From Octopus sinensis (lineage: Eukaryota): a stretch of 64,000 nt of DNA. Numbering within the stretch: position 1 is the stretch's first letter; every line of letters begins with the position of its first letter. The stretch is from assembly GCF_006345805.1 (NCBI RefSeq), contig NC_042999.1:8122001-8186000 (forward strand), read 5' to 3'. Both the position numbers and the translations under genes were made by a program. Under the pieces are notes generated by a model. It searched no databases. It had not been told where the DNA came from and saw only the letters and a list, made by a program, of their open reading frames with translations. Of this stretch, positions 1 to 13,234 are shown piece after piece.

Positions 1-505
1 CGTGTGTAAATTGCTTTTCTAAACAAGTATTTATTAAGAGAAAGCCCAGGTTATGCCGGTTGTATATTTAGTCTCTGCTTCACTGCATCTGTTGTTTATA
101 CGGGAATAGGCGGTCTCAGGACTGTGAGATAATGCTGATTCATAATGCACAAACTCACTTTGCAGACAATTTTATTGCGGAAGCTTATTGGTGAACCTCT
201 TCCCTGATGAATCGGGAAAAAAAAGCATAATTATTTAATGGCATTCTAAATTTTTTCAACTCGGTTTCACAATGCTTCATATATTATACCACTTTCATAA
301 TATTAAATCAGAGTTGGAGTAGATTTATATCACGAAGAATTCATCAGCTTTACAGGAGAATCGGACAAAGATCCGTTTCCAAGTTGATTCCCTAAAAGAT
401 TCTTTGAACGTATATTCATCCATATTACAATCGAAAACAAGTCACAAGATTTCTCTCACTTCGTCACACAATTTCCTTATTTTCCTACTATGAATAGCAA
501 ATTTA

Positions 506-781
506 AAAATAAAATAATAAATGCGTACTTTTAAAGCCTAGCCAGGCTCATGGGCCCAGTTTCCCGGTTCCATTGGCGTACGTGTCGCCCCCTCCTCCCA
601 GCTGGACGGGACACCAGTCCATCGCAGCGTTGCTCATTTTTGCCAGCTGAGTGGACTGGAGCAACGTGAAATGAAGTGTTTTGCACAAGAACACAACGCG
701 TTGCCCGGTCCAGGAATCGAAACCACAATCTTACGATCATGATGCTGACACCCTAACCACTAAACCACTCGCCTCCACTTA
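506..781 (-). mobile_element. tRNA-derived SINE, family D, with 13-bp TSD
   Basis: Minus-strand head with A box (TGGTTTAGTGG) and B box (GGTTTCGATTCC). TSD aatagcaaattta at 493-505 and 782-794. Confidence 0.85.
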
Positions 782-1127
782 AATAGCAAATTTATCATCT
801 ACCATTCTGTTTGGCTCCACAAATACTATACTTCGCACTTTCTACAGACACACGAGTGATTCCATCGGTGCCATTAGCAAATTCAAAGAATATGATTCCT
901 GGTCTTTTATCTCTTGACAATCTAGTGTCATCGAGTCATGGTAGTCTGTTCCAAATGCTTCCAACAGATCGAGTTTCGCTAAATTCAGCCAAGGGGCGGA
1001 AGGAATGTGATGTACCTAATATCTCCAAAAATGAAGGGAAAGCAAGCGGCCTTACTGTACACAAGACCATATGATCAAGAACGGCATGCCTATTTGGAAA
1101 GCACGTGTTTCCTGTAACAGCCTGCAC

Positions 1128-2130
1128 TTAACCGAGGTAAACAATCAAAAGAGGTATTGTTCAGGAAGATTCGTGTTCACCTTGGTAATTTATTACAGCC
1201 TTCATCCCACTCTCTGTAGTTCTACGCTAAGTCAACGTGTAGCACTATGAGCTGAGAAAGAATGGATCTCCTCTCAACCACCTTTCCTTCGTGGATGATT
1301 TGAAGCTGTTCACAAAAACAGAGCCTGAAATGGAGAGGCTGGTTGAAACTGTGCAAATGTGCAGCAAGGATATAAGGGATGGAATTCGGGAGCTTGAAGT
1401 GTGTGGTGCTTACTTTGAAGCGGGGGGAGGGGCGGGGGAGAGTAGATTATAAGGGCATAGAACTGCCAAACGGAGAGCGAATAGGAGACCCGAATTATGA
1501 TGGGTCCACGTGCATTGGGATCCTGGAGGTGGACAATATTTTGCACAGTGAAATGAAAGACAAGTATGGATACGAGGTTACGGGTGCTTGATACCAACAT
1601 ACACCGGGAAAGGTAATGCACAAAAACGGGAAGGTAAAGATCCTCTGAGACTTTGACTTCCAGACGGACAAGGTGGTTAGTGCGCAGTAACTCGGATATG
1701 GTAACCTTTAGGAGGGACAAACAAGAACGCCTAATAATCGACGTGGCAAAGCCATGAGATCAACAAATTGTCATGAAAGAAAGAGAAAAAGTTGACAAAT
1801 ATGGAGGCCTGAGAATCGGGGTTGCCAAGATGTGACAACTGCGAGAACCAAACGTAAAGGTCGTCCCTGTTGTTATCGGAGCATTGGATTCAATAGCACC
1901 CAACCTGAAAAAAAAAAAATATCCGGACATTTTAGAAATACCCTACAATCTTGGTGTCTTGCAAAAGTCGGTTTTACTTGGACCTGCACGCGTACTGCGT
2001 AAAGTACTGTCTGTCTGAGGTCCGTGTTGTGCCTTGACAAACCGAAACCCCCGGTAGACATAATATCTTCAATCTACAACATCACATTATTGGATACGGT
2101 GCGACGTCTTCAATAAAAAATAATAAAAAC
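1128..2130 (+). mobile_element. Decayed RLE-type non-LTR retrotransposon (R4/Dong-like): RT fragment joined to restriction-like endonuclease and 3' UTR
   Basis: Hand translation gives RGIVQEDS..., NHLSFVDDLKLFTK..MEFGSLKC..GIELPNG (RT), then KVKIL*DFDFQTDK..PDMV..IIDVAKP..KEREKVDKY..VPVVIGAL..LQKSVLLG.ARVLRKVL* (PD-(D/E)xK). Multiple stops and frameshifts, plus an internal deletion. Confidence 0.85.
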
Positions 2131-2290
2131 AAGAGTAATACAAAAATAACGTTAGAAGAGAAGTGAAGAGTGAGAGAAGCGTTCATTGCATAACTTCCTT
2201 GTTTTACTGCTTTGTCTGTTTTAGCTTTTTGCCAGTTTTCAATTCATTAAGTTACGCATGCGTGCACTTATATGCATGTGTGTAAACATA

Positions 2291-2461
2291 GGCGCAGGAG
2301 TGGCTGTGTGGTAAGTAGCTTGCTAACCAGCCACATGGTTCCGGGTTCAATCCCACTGCGTGGCATCTTGGACAAGTGTCTTCTGCTATAGCCCCGGGCC
2401 GACCAATGCCTTGTGAGTGGATTTGGTAGACGGAAACTTAAAGAAGCCTATCGTATATATG

Positions 2462-2534
<73 letters not shown>

Positions 2535-2740
2535 TTGTTCCCCTTAGTATTGCTTGACAACCGATGTTGGTGTGTTTACGTCCCCGTCACTTAGCGGTTC
2601 GGCAAAAAGAGACCGATAGAATAAGTACTGGGCTTACAAAAAGAATAAGTCCCAGGGTCGAGTTGCTCGACTAAAAAAGGCGGTGCTCCAGCATGGCCGC
2701 AGTCAAATGACTGAAACAAGTAATAGAGTAAAGAGAGTAA
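2291..2740 (+). mobile_element. tRNA-derived SINE, family A (internal TA/TG microsatellite)
   Basis: Head ggcgcaggagtggctgtgtggtaag...gggttcaatccc; tail ggcggtgctccagcatggccgcagtcaaatgactgaaacaagt. At least six near-full copies in the window. Confidence 0.85.
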
Positions 2741-3251
2741 ATATGTGTAAGTTATTCTCGTTTTAATTAATATAAACCTATTCTATTCTCCCGCTAATTC
2801 TTAATCTCTATTATCTGCATGTTCTTCATCATTTTTTTACCATTTCTTCTATTTTTAATCTCTTCTTTATAATTTCCAATTTAATGCTTTTAATTTGTCT
2901 TATCGAAAAACAGCTTTTCTCGTTGCATTAACTTAAAACTTTTTAAAGAACTTCACCAATTGTCTCCTCCATCGTATTTAACTCGCTACCTTTCTTTAAA
3001 CATTCTTATGATTGCTGAACGTTAAAATTTCCCGCTTAATATAACTAGGTGTCTCTAGTTTTCACACAAACATAAGCTTATACATAAACATATTTCGTAG
3101 ATAATCCCTTGTACATAACTTACCACCATAATAAGCAACGAACATTATTATCTCTTAGTTAATTTTAACTTTCCCTATTGCTATAAGCTGGCATTGAACT
3201 CGTACATTCCATTCTCAAAACCTTGTTGTCTTCGATAAATACTTCTACTTA

Positions 3252-3570
3252 TTATTATTTATTTATGTGCCCTTCTCAAGCCTAGCCAGGCCCATGGGCC
3301 CGGTTTCCCGGTTTCTGTGGCGTATGAGTTTCCCCCAGCTGAACGGGGCGCCAGTCCATCGCAGCGTTACTCAAGAAATAGGAAGAGAGACTGAGAGAAA
3401 GTTGAGGCGAAAAAGTACAACAGGGGTCGCCACCACCCCTGCCAGAGCCTCGTGGAGCTTTTTAGGTGTTTTCGTTCAATAAACACACACAACGCCCGGT
3501 CTGGGAATCGAAACCGCGATCCTCCGACCGCGAGTCCGCTGCCCTAACCACTCGGCCATTGCGCCTCCAC
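3252..3570 (-). mobile_element. SINE family D with 14-bp TSD
   Basis: TSD aatacttctactta at 3238-3251 and 3571-3584; tRNA-like head at the 3570 end; (TAA)n tail. Confidence 0.88.
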
Positions 3571-3721
3571 AATACTTCTACTTAATGACTGACGTTTTAG
3601 TTTCTGAGAAATATTAACTCGAGTTTCTCTTTTATTCGAATTCATAAATTTCAAATAATGTCTGATAATGTCTCCACGTACAAAAGAAACGGGAGGAAAT
3701 GGTGAGAAAAATTTGCTGTCA

Positions 3722-3880
3722 GAGAGTACAGCAGGGTTCGCCACCACCCCCTGCCAGAGCCTCGTGGAACTTTAGGTGTTTTCGCTCAATAAACACTCAC
3801 AACGCCCGGTATGGGTATCCAAACCGCAATCCTACGACCGCGAGTCCACTGCCCTAACCACTGGGCCGTTGCGCCTCCGC
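3722..3880 (-). mobile_element. SINE family D, partial (5' part)
   Basis: Near-identical to about 3415-3570. Confidence 0.75.
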
Positions 3881-4781
3881 ATAGAAAACAGTAAACTTAT
3901 ATTCAATAACACATAATTCTAGCAATGAAAATGTTTTTGGTTTTCTTTAATTGTTTCAACTAATACAAAATAATTCCACGGTAACAAACTAGCAGAATCG
4001 TCAGCTAAGTTCTGAGTTCCAATTCAGCCGAGGTCGACTTTGCCTTTCATCATTCCAGTGTCGATAAAACAAACACCAGTTACGTGCTAAGGTCGATGTA
4101 ATCGACGTACCCACTTCCTATAGATTGCTGGCCTTGTGCCAAAATCTGGAACCAACATACAAGAATTCCTGTATTTACATTCTCCAATATCCAGCCTGGC
4201 TTTATAAACGGGTTTCCCTTTGAGATACAAACTTCTCTTTTCATTTTCTTCTTAACTTAAAACAATCCGGTCTTAAACTCTTTCAAACATTCTACGTAAA
4301 TGCAATTCACTTTCTTTACTCTACACCTCGTACAGAAATAATTTAATATCCAAATCCCTAGACTTCCCTAATTCTTCTTGAAGGATTTTTTTCTTAGATT
4401 TTAGAAACAACTAAATCGTACAAAAACGGTTTTGACGACAATTCCCATGCTACGCAAAATTCCGCTTCTTCTTTCTTTGTATTTTCTCGCTTTTAATGCG
4501 GTTCTGCATAGTTCCCAAAAAATAATTTGTTTATGTATGTATGTGTAAGTGTGTATGTGTTTATACATGCATGCGTATGTGTGCGTGCGTGCGTGTGTGA
4601 ACGGGTTTAGTATATTGCAAAAGTGACTAATGCAAACATAGACACACCAACATCATATTCCTTGATACAGGAGTGCTATCTAACGCCTACATAATTGACA
4701 GTGTTACACACACATATACACACTGACCGCTGAAATCTACAAGTATTTTTTCCTTCTTTCTCTGTTTATTTTCTCTTATTA

Positions 4782-4817
4782 TTTTCTGTTAAAGAGCGTA
4801 GGCTCGAAACATAAAAG
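4782..4817 (+). ncRNA. Hammerhead-like motif (family H2, degenerate core) in a probable Penelope pLTR remnant
   Basis: tttt-CTGTTAA-a-GAGC(gtag)GCTC-GAAA-cata-aaag. Geometry matches a minimal type I hammerhead, but A6 and G8 are substituted. Confidence 0.45.
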
Positions 4818-4929
4818 ACATTTTTTTCATTTTCCCAACCGTCAAACTAATACACTTGCTTGTTGTTCATAAACCTTTCTTCGTCTTTTGTTTTTCTATA
4901 AGTTTCAACTATATATATACACGCACATA

Positions 4930-4993
<64 letters not shown>

Positions 4994-5115
4994 CATATCA
5001 TATACATATACTCAGGCTCATACACACACACACATATGTATATCTCCTACTTTTTATCTTTTATCTGTTTCAGTCATTAGACTGCGGCAATGCTGGGGCA
5101 CCGCCTTGAAGAATT

Positions 5116-5168
<53 letters not shown>

Positions 5169-5281
5169 ATGCAATCTCATACACACACATCTACGCGGAT
5201 GTAGGCCGGTTAGACTTTCAGTACACGTTTAGCATTGAATTATTAGATTGAATTATTATAATCTATTCAATTTCATACATT

Positions 5282-5570
5282 CTTTCCTGCTCTAGGCACA
5301 ACGCCCAAAATTTTGGGGGAGGGGGTCAGTCGATTATATCGACCCCAGTACGCAACTGGTACTTAATTTATCGACCCCCTGAAAGGATGAAAGGCAAAGT
5401 TGACCTCGGCGGAATTTGAACTCAGAACGTAAAGACAGACGAAATACCTATTTCTTTACTGCCCACAAGGGGCTAAACATAGAGAGGACAAACAAGGACA
5501 GACAAACGGATTAAGTCGATTATATCGACCCCAGTGCGTAACTGGTACTTATTTAATCGATCCCCTCTAT
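5282..5570 (-). mobile_element. SINE family B, 3' dimeric part
   Basis: Contains the family-B central domain (gatgaaaggcaaagttgacctcggcggaatttgaactcag) and both tail segments. Confidence 0.8.
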
Positions 5571-6626
5571 GTTTAGCCCCATGTAGGCAGTAAAGAAATA
5601 AGAATCGTTATCGCAGAGGACAAAATGCTTAACAGCATTTCTTCCGACTTTACGTTCTGAGTTCAAATGCCTCAAGGGACGGCTCTGTCTTTCATCCTTT
5701 TTTTTTGTGGGCGGGTCGGTGGGGGGGGCGATGAAATTGACTTACATCCACCCCTGAAATTGCTGGCCTTGAGCCAAAATTTGAAGCCAATACCTATCCC
5801 CAGTACTTGATCAGTAATTACTTCAATTTTTTTTTTTTTTTTTTTGCTGCCCCGAAATAATGAGAGGCAAATTTGACATCGACAAGATTTGAATTAAGAA
5901 CGTAAACAGCCGTAACTAAACACCAATGCTCTAACGAAGCTGGCAAACCGTCGCACTTGTGCGGTACTAAATAATGTGAAATACATTAGTCTGGCGCCAT
6001 TCGGTTCCTACTTAGAATTATGAGATGTAGACGGAAAGAGAGGAAATTATGAAAGAGAAGAAACAACAAAAAATTCATCGAGTTTATTATGTTTCTGCTT
6101 CCTTGACCTCCATATCGTTTTTATTCTTGTTCCTTATCTTTTTTTTTCTTTATATTTGTTTACATTCTGTTCTCAAATATTTAAATAACTAATTCTGTCT
6201 GAGGAATATTTGTTCTAGTCGGTCGGGATGACTGGATAAGTTTGGCGTTATCTTTTCGAAGAATTCTAGTGAGTGAATAAATTTGTGGAAACACACGTGA
6301 GTGGAGATTGTTCCAGGCGGAGGAGACATTTCTAAAAGAGAGAAAGTCTTGAGAAAATAGCCAGGTGTGTACTTGATAGGAATAAATAGCCAGGTGTGTA
6401 CTTGGGTAAGACTAAGATAGGAATAAATGAAAGTTTGATATGGTCAGAGGAGCTGAAGTTGAATGCAATTAAGGTTTAAACTGTATACATAAGAAATTAA
6501 TACATACATTTGTGTGTGTATGTGTAGAAGATCTTGTTGAATGGAGAGGTCAGTGCAGTTTCAATCCCGAGTTGAAGCCACTTACACTAATATTAATTTT
6601 TCTACTACTCTCTCAAATGCTATTTG

Positions 6627-7047
6627 GGATCTTTTCGGTTTAAACGGCAGTTTTTTCTAGCGGTGTCATATGAAATTGTCACACATAATTATGACCCTAG
6701 TATCGATCTATTGCATTTCAATCTATTTTAGGGTTAGGGTTAGAGTTAAGTGTGGGGGGAAGGGTATCTTTTTTTCTTCACAAATGTAAATAAACCCAAT
6801 CTGTTTCTTAAACGAGGGACATATTCATACAGCACAAAATGTTTACCTCAATAGATGTCATTGATTGGTTGAAATTGCAGAAATTGAAGAAAAAAAGCAA
6901 CAAATATCTTACAAACTATAGAATTTACTCAATAAAGCCAAGAGAAAAAGATGTTTTATAAACACATTCTACCAGTATACGAAGTTGAAAATTTTTTTAG
7001 TTACCTAGAAATTATGTTAAAAACTGCCGTTCGAACCGAAAAGATCC
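6627..7047. mobile_element. MITE with about 29-bp TIRs and 8-bp TSD (Merlin- or hAT-like)
   Basis: TIRs ggatcttttcggtttaaacggcagttttt and aaaaactgccgttcgaaccgaaaagatcc. TSD gctatttg at 6619-6626 and 7048-7055. Confidence 0.88.
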
Positions 7048-7427
7048 GCTATTTGGATCTTTGTGTCTATTTGAACGACTTTACAATAGACGCTTTCGAC
7101 CGATAAGCTTTCCAGCCGCACATCCTTTGTATTTTGATACCAGCTTTTTTTTCCTGTACTGCCGCATGTTCAGGCATTAAAAAGATTCCCAAAGGAGTTT
7201 TTTTTTCCATTTAGTCAAATAAATTTGCTTTTACTCCAGTAAAACCTAATAGAATTCTTTAAACTCATTGGTATAAACGATATCGGTAATTAGAAACCCC
7301 TAAAATCTCAAGTAATCATAAGCAACCGAGAAAGAAGGTTAACAAGGAGTTAATAGATATTATTGCTAAGGATTTATTGTACCATTATAGATACACAAAC
7401 CTTTTGATGACTCGATACACCTAGTAA

Positions 7428-7823
7428 TCTTTATATATAAAAGAGAGGTTGTGTGCTGTCTGTCTCCTACGAATTAGATTCCTAACTACTTCCACATTTT
7501 GCGGTGCAGTTTAACCAAAACCGGGTATCTTATAGTCGTGATTCATATCGAGCCCTTCTGGGTATTAGCGCGCGTCTACGATGAGTCTACGATTTAAAAA
7601 AATTTACCATCAATTTTTTCCCATTTTTAATGCATTTTTGGCATATATAAGGGAAGTAACTCTCTAAAAATTTATTATTAAATCTCAGAACGTAAAAAGC
7701 TACAGTAACACCCCCCCTTCTTGTGGTTAGCCATATTGAGATGGCTATTATACTTTACATCTCTAAAAATGCTTATATAGTTATTCCCCTTACAAACCGA
7801 GCAACGCCGGGCGATACTGCTAG
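7428..7823 (+). mobile_element. Non-autonomous Helitron
   Basis: 5' A|TC (tctttatatataaaag), subterminal hairpin ccgagcaacgccggg, 3' CTAG|T. No TSD. Two more copies in the window. Confidence 0.85.
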
Positions 7824-8004
7824 TGAAATATAAAGTTTCTGTTTTACGAGTTTTAATTTTTGTAAGCATCACTCAATGTTTCCCTAAAAATAATCGATGT
7901 CTATATCCCGGAAAGACAGACTTTTCCAAACGTTTAAATATTTATATTTAAAATAAATATACAGTTTTATTGTCTCTTTAATTCTATTGTTTCTTTAATT
8001 TCAG

Positions 8005-8223
8005 CTCAAAATTGTGAAGATGATTTGGACTGCCGCAGCGGACGTGTTTGCAAAAGTTCTACTTGTGTGTGTGCCGACGAAGATTATTGCTGGGGTCTCA
8101 GTAAACCAGTATGTGGCTCAGATGGTACCCTGTACCCAAGCCATTGTGAATTGCATCGGGTCGCTTGCGTTATCGAGAAGCATATCAAAGTTGATCCAAA
8201 AGGAACTTGTCTTCATGGCATCC
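8005..8223 (+). CDS. FSTL5: Internal exon of FSTL4/5-like gene: FOLN-like module plus Kazal domain
   Basis: Acceptor tttcag ends at 8004 and donor gtaagt starts at 8224; 219 nt, phase 1/1. Encodes QNCEDDLDCRSGRVCKSSTCVCADEDYCWGLSKPVCGSDGTLYPSHCELHRVACVIEKHIKVDPKGTCLHGI. The PVCGSDG..Y..HCELHR.AC motif matches the FSTL1/4/5 Kazal domain as I recall it. FSTL4 versus FSTL5 cannot be resolved. Confidence 0.9.
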
Positions 8224-8255
8224 GTAAGTATTTATATGTGTTTTATAATATATAG

Positions 8256-8510
8256 CACATAGCCTAATGGTTAGAGCAGCGGACTCGCGGTCGAGGGATC
8301 GCGAGTTCGAATCTCAGACAGGGCGATGTGTGTGTTTATGAGCGAAACACCTAAACTCCACGCGGCTCCGGCAGAAGGTAATGGCGAACTTCTGCTGACT
8401 CTTTCGCCACAACTTTCTCTCACTCATTCCTCCTATATCTAGAAGCTCACCTGAGACGGACTGGCGTCCTATCCAGGTGGGGAACCTATACGTCAATGAA
8501 ACCGGGAAGC
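8256..8510 (+). mobile_element. SINE family D, about 30 nt downstream of the exon donor
   Basis: tagcctaatggttagagcagcggactcgcggtcgagggatcgcgagttcgaatc head; body shared with the 3252-3570 copy. Confidence 0.75.
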
Positions 8511-8817
8511 AACAGAACATATATCTATAATATAACATAATATGATATGATTGTATACCTTTATATATAAACACGAGCGGTTTTATTCAGGAATTATAAA
8601 ATGGATACTTAAAAACTTCTATATTTTATTTCTTGCCAAAAGCAGTAATTTCTTTGATTCCAAACCTGAAGTCATTTTATCCTTTCAAAAAACCTTAACA
8701 TTTCTTCTTCTAATTACCCCGCTCCCCCATTTTTCGATTTCTGGACATTTATTTATTACCGGCTGCAAAAACACGATGTTTTTGCTCAGTAAATACGTAC
8801 AAGCACGTAGGTAGTAA

Positions 8818-9003
8818 AGAAATAGGTATTTTGTCTGCCGTTACGTTCTGAGTCCAAATTCCGCCGAGGTCGACTTTGCCTCTCATCCTTTCGGGGTCGA
8901 TAAATTAAGTACCAGTTACGCACTGGGGTCGATGTAATCGACATAATCCCTTTGTCCTTGTTTGTCCCCTCTATGTTTATCCCCTTGTGGGCAATAAAAA
9001 AAT
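8818..9003 (+). mobile_element. SINE family B, partial
   Basis: gttctgagtccaaattccgccgaggtcgactttgcc...gataaattaagtaccag core. Confidence 0.8.
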
Positions 9004-9447
9004 AAGATACTCTTTCGCTCCTTTTACCTTTGTCCTATCGAAACAGCCAGTACAGGGCAGTTAGAAGGAGAGATGCTTTGTATCAACCGCAGGCGAGGAC
9101 TCACTACAGGTGATTAATCTAAAGTAACCCACAGTGAAGTGCCTTGCTCAGAGACACAACGCATTACTCTATCCAAGGAGTGAACCCATGGTCTTATGAT
9201 CCATCTAACATCACACTCTAACCACTAGGCCACTCGCCTTCCACATGTCATAATTAAGAGGACTGGAAAATGTTTTTATGTGACAAATATTCAACGCCTT
9301 TAAAATCATCTCAAATTGCTAAGAAAGGATTATTGAAAGCCAGCTCGATTTAATCGGAGAAGTAGATTTATTGGTTTCATTTCATATAAGAACACACATA
9401 CGCCTATACTGTCTCACACGCACGCTTACAGCCACATCTCTCTCTTA

Positions 9448-9598
<151 letters not shown>

Positions 9599-9599
9599 C

Positions 9600-10008
9600 T
9601 CTTTTTACTCTTTTACGTGTTTCAGTCATTTGACTGCGGCCATGCTGGAGCACCGTCTTTAGTCGAGCAAATCGACCCCGGGACTTATTCTTTGTAAGCC
9701 CAGTACTTATTCTATCGGTCTGTTTTGCCGAACCGCTAAGTGACGGGGATGTAAACACACCAGCATCAGTTGTCATGCAATGCTAGGGGGACAAACACAG
9801 ACACACAACCACACACACACACATACATATATATATATACATATATACAACAGGTTTCTTTCGGTTTCCGTCTACCAAATCCACTCACAAAGCATTGGTC
9901 GGCCCGAGGCTATAGCAGAAGACACTTGCCCAAGATGCCACGCAGTGGGACTGAACCCGAAACCATGTGGTTGGTTAGCAAGCTACTTACTACACAGTCA
10001 CTCCTGCG

Positions 10009-10010
<2 letters not shown>
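9600..10010 (-). mobile_element. SINE family A
   Basis: Reverse complement of the 2291-2740 family. Confidence 0.85.
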
Positions 10011-10045
<35 letters not shown>

Positions 10046-12246
10046 CTCTCTGTCTGTCTATCTCTCCATCTATCGATCAATCGATGTGTGTTGTGTCCTT
10101 CAGCAAGTCATTTCATTTCATGTTGCTTCAGTCTCCTCAAAATGATTAGTATCCTATGATTAGTCGTGATGCAGCTCTGTCTCAATGATAAACATGAGTC
10201 GATAGGATGTCTGTCTGCTCACGACTACCTAGACACGAAAAAACACTCAGCGGGAGTGCAGTACGACGTACCATCAAGCAACACACTACTCTGTTACCAG
10301 TGACATTAAGCTGAATTCTCTTCATGTCCGTATCACTAACAAAACTGACCAACTCAATAGTTTTATTGGATAGTTTGTTGATTGCATAATAATTCCTTGA
10401 GCTGTTTAAAATCTTTCCATAATTGCTTTACAATTGACATGGGTTTTTTGATAAAATCTGCGCTAGTGGGAACATATGAATTGGCACCAGACATTTTCAG
10501 TTTGTCGAAACGACAAGAGCAATATTAGCAATGGAAACATTGTAGCCGAAAGGCTTGTGATGAGGAAGTGAATGTACCATCATTAGTTTCTGGTTGTGTG
10601 TGAAGTTGAGCAGAGGAAAAGGTATTTAGATAAGAATATGAATACAATAAATTCAATGATTTCTCAAATTTATCCAAGTGTACAGGCACTGACAGCCGTT
10701 TCAGCCTGAGTTGATCTTCCGCTGCAATATCTTGCACCAATTCACTCAATCATGAAACATGGCCGACGTGGATTTATTGAAAGACATCAACTCGAATAAG
10801 ACTTACATTTGCTCGAAACTTTACTTCGATTTATTTTGTTACAAACTGACGAAATAATCACTTGGAAATATCATATACAATTTGTCACATCCTATCAAGC
10901 GGACTATGTACACAAAATAAATTTACTTTTCAGATTTTCCAACAAAGATATCAAAAAGCAAGGTTTTGTTGTATTTATGCCTTATGTTAGTCTATCCATG
11001 CCGTCGAAAATAAACGACCGCTCCTCGTTCACTGTAGGCAGTCTTCACCAACAACCACCACCACTTCAAGCGAATTATTTTAGCTTTAGTTTACACATGG
11101 TTGTTTGATCTACTAGAAACATCAGCTAGATCACGCTCGGCAATCTTAAAAATCAATCATTAGATAATATGGTAGAAAAGGTGCTGCCGGGTACAAGAAA
11201 AGAGGGGATGGTTACGGGAAAACGCTTATTAACATCTTTTAACATAGGTCATTTCGATCTGTGCAGCTCTGACCCCCCTAAATAACAACAGTGGGGTGTT
11301 CTACCTGTTATCTATGATTTACTCCCAACGATTTTATACATAACTAAAGCATCTAAATATATATATTCTCGGTGACAGCAATATATATTCACGGAGTTTT
11401 TCTTCATTAAGTATTAAGCATTAAAGTCATTACTTTTCGGACACTAACCACGATATGACATTCCTTTAAAGAGGCTACTTCCAGATTAAGAACATTGCTT
11501 ACGTGGTTATATGTATCTAACTATACACGTATGTATGTATCTATCCATATGTGTATGCATGGAAAATCCAGCTAATACATATTACACACTTCTTTTAAAG
11601 TGAAATTTTCCCAAATATTATTGAGAAAACCTTTGTTTCACCTTTGAAACATCATTGCTCATAAAAAGGCCAAACGATATCTTTGTCCGACAACGATGAA
11701 ATATTTTCATTTGTAGTCTAGGTTTAGTTTTCCTCCGTGTCACACTCTTCGCAATCAAGGAATCATTGAATATTTCTATGTTAACTCTTGAAGAACCAAA
11801 TCAGTACTGCTGTACGATTGACAATGTTTTACAGCATAATATACTGTGCACGGGGCCTGCAGCTAAAATTGAAGGAGAACAGAGGAGAGAAAAAAAAAAT
11901 TACGACAAACTAAACGTTCTTGCAATGCAGGCGTCGACTTAAGGTTCATCTGTGTTAGCATGTCGTTTCAACTGTACGTTTTGCTTCAGAACCACTTTCG
12001 ATCTTACAAGGGCAGCAGAGTGCATAGAATACATAAAATAATTATCGTTTCTGCTTGTGTCAATAAATCAATCAATACAACTTCTTTGACCCGTTCAAGT
12101 TTAAATAATCTTTTTGTTTTTTTCTTGGCATCTCTTCAGAAGCTTGTATCAGGAAAAGAGTATCAGCCGCTCTTCGTGGTGGCCTTGGAAATTTCAATTG
12201 CATGGCTTATACCCTGCGGAAATGCTGCACATTGCCGACATAAGCA

Positions 12247-12285
<39 letters not shown>

Positions 12286-13000
12286 GCATGTCATCACATT
12301 TTAAATAATTTTGTTATAAAATTACTTTTGCGAGTGACAGCTTCCACGAAAGACGCCGGATCCGTTTTCGAACCTCGTTTGATATTATACACAAAATCGG
12401 TAACATTCTGGCAGAAGTTGATGTGAAGCTTTTTTTTATGGTCCAAAACAGGATAAATTAGCAACTAGCATCTAGCCTAAAGCCGAATATCTGACCACTC
12501 TGCAACCATTTGAGACGAAAATTTGTCTAGCGTCAATTAACCTTGAAAACTGATCGTTTAGCTTTGACTGACGTGACACACAATAAGGTCGAAACAGCTT
12601 TGTGTCTTAAATTCCGCTTACATCAATAAATCGCTTGTGTTATGAACACACATAGTCTGCAAACAGGAGGTGTTCTCTATTTAGAAAACAACACCGATCA
12701 GATATTCATATTCAAGTCTGTGAGAACTTATTAAGAATAAATAAATATTGTTTGGACGTTCGCCGTTCTGCCTGCATCCCCATGATTTATTACAATATAT
12801 ATTTATTGTTTTCACTGTTCTAAATGCACCCCACGAATTATTTGAATATATATTTATTGTCTTAGCAAATTAAGATAATCAATTGTGAGATCGTATTTCT
12901 AAATGATGATTGCATTTCTTGTATGAACAAGATATTTAACCAAGTTTTCTAGAATTTAAGTAATTCTATAACATTTGGAATGGTTTATTATATTTGGTAA

Positions 13001-13234
13001 GGCGGCGAGCTGGCAGAAACGTTAGCATGCCGGGCGAAATGCGTAGCCGTATTTCGTCTGCCGCTACATTCTGAGTTCAAATTCCGCCGAGGTCGACTTT
13101 GCTTTTCATTCTTTCGGGGGTCGATAAATTAAGTACCAGTTACGCACTGGGGTCGATATAATCGACTTAATCCGTTTGTCTGTCCTTGTTTGTCCCCCTC
13201 TGTGTTTAGCCCCTTGTGGGTTGTAAAGAAATAG
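13001..13234 (+). mobile_element. SINE family B (tRNA-headed, monomer)
   Basis: Head ggcggcgagctggcagaaacgttagc...gagttcaaattcc plus central domain and first tail. Confidence 0.85.

Noticed and set aside
10525-11108. ORFs 10525-10749 (-) and 10809-11108 (+) in non-repetitive sequence
   Set aside because: No recognisable motif or splice signals. Could be an old DNA transposon remnant, but I cannot support that.
12562-12605. ctgacgtgac...gtcgaaacagct hammerhead-like string
   Set aside because: A9 is missing and there is no credible stem I or stem III. Single copy.
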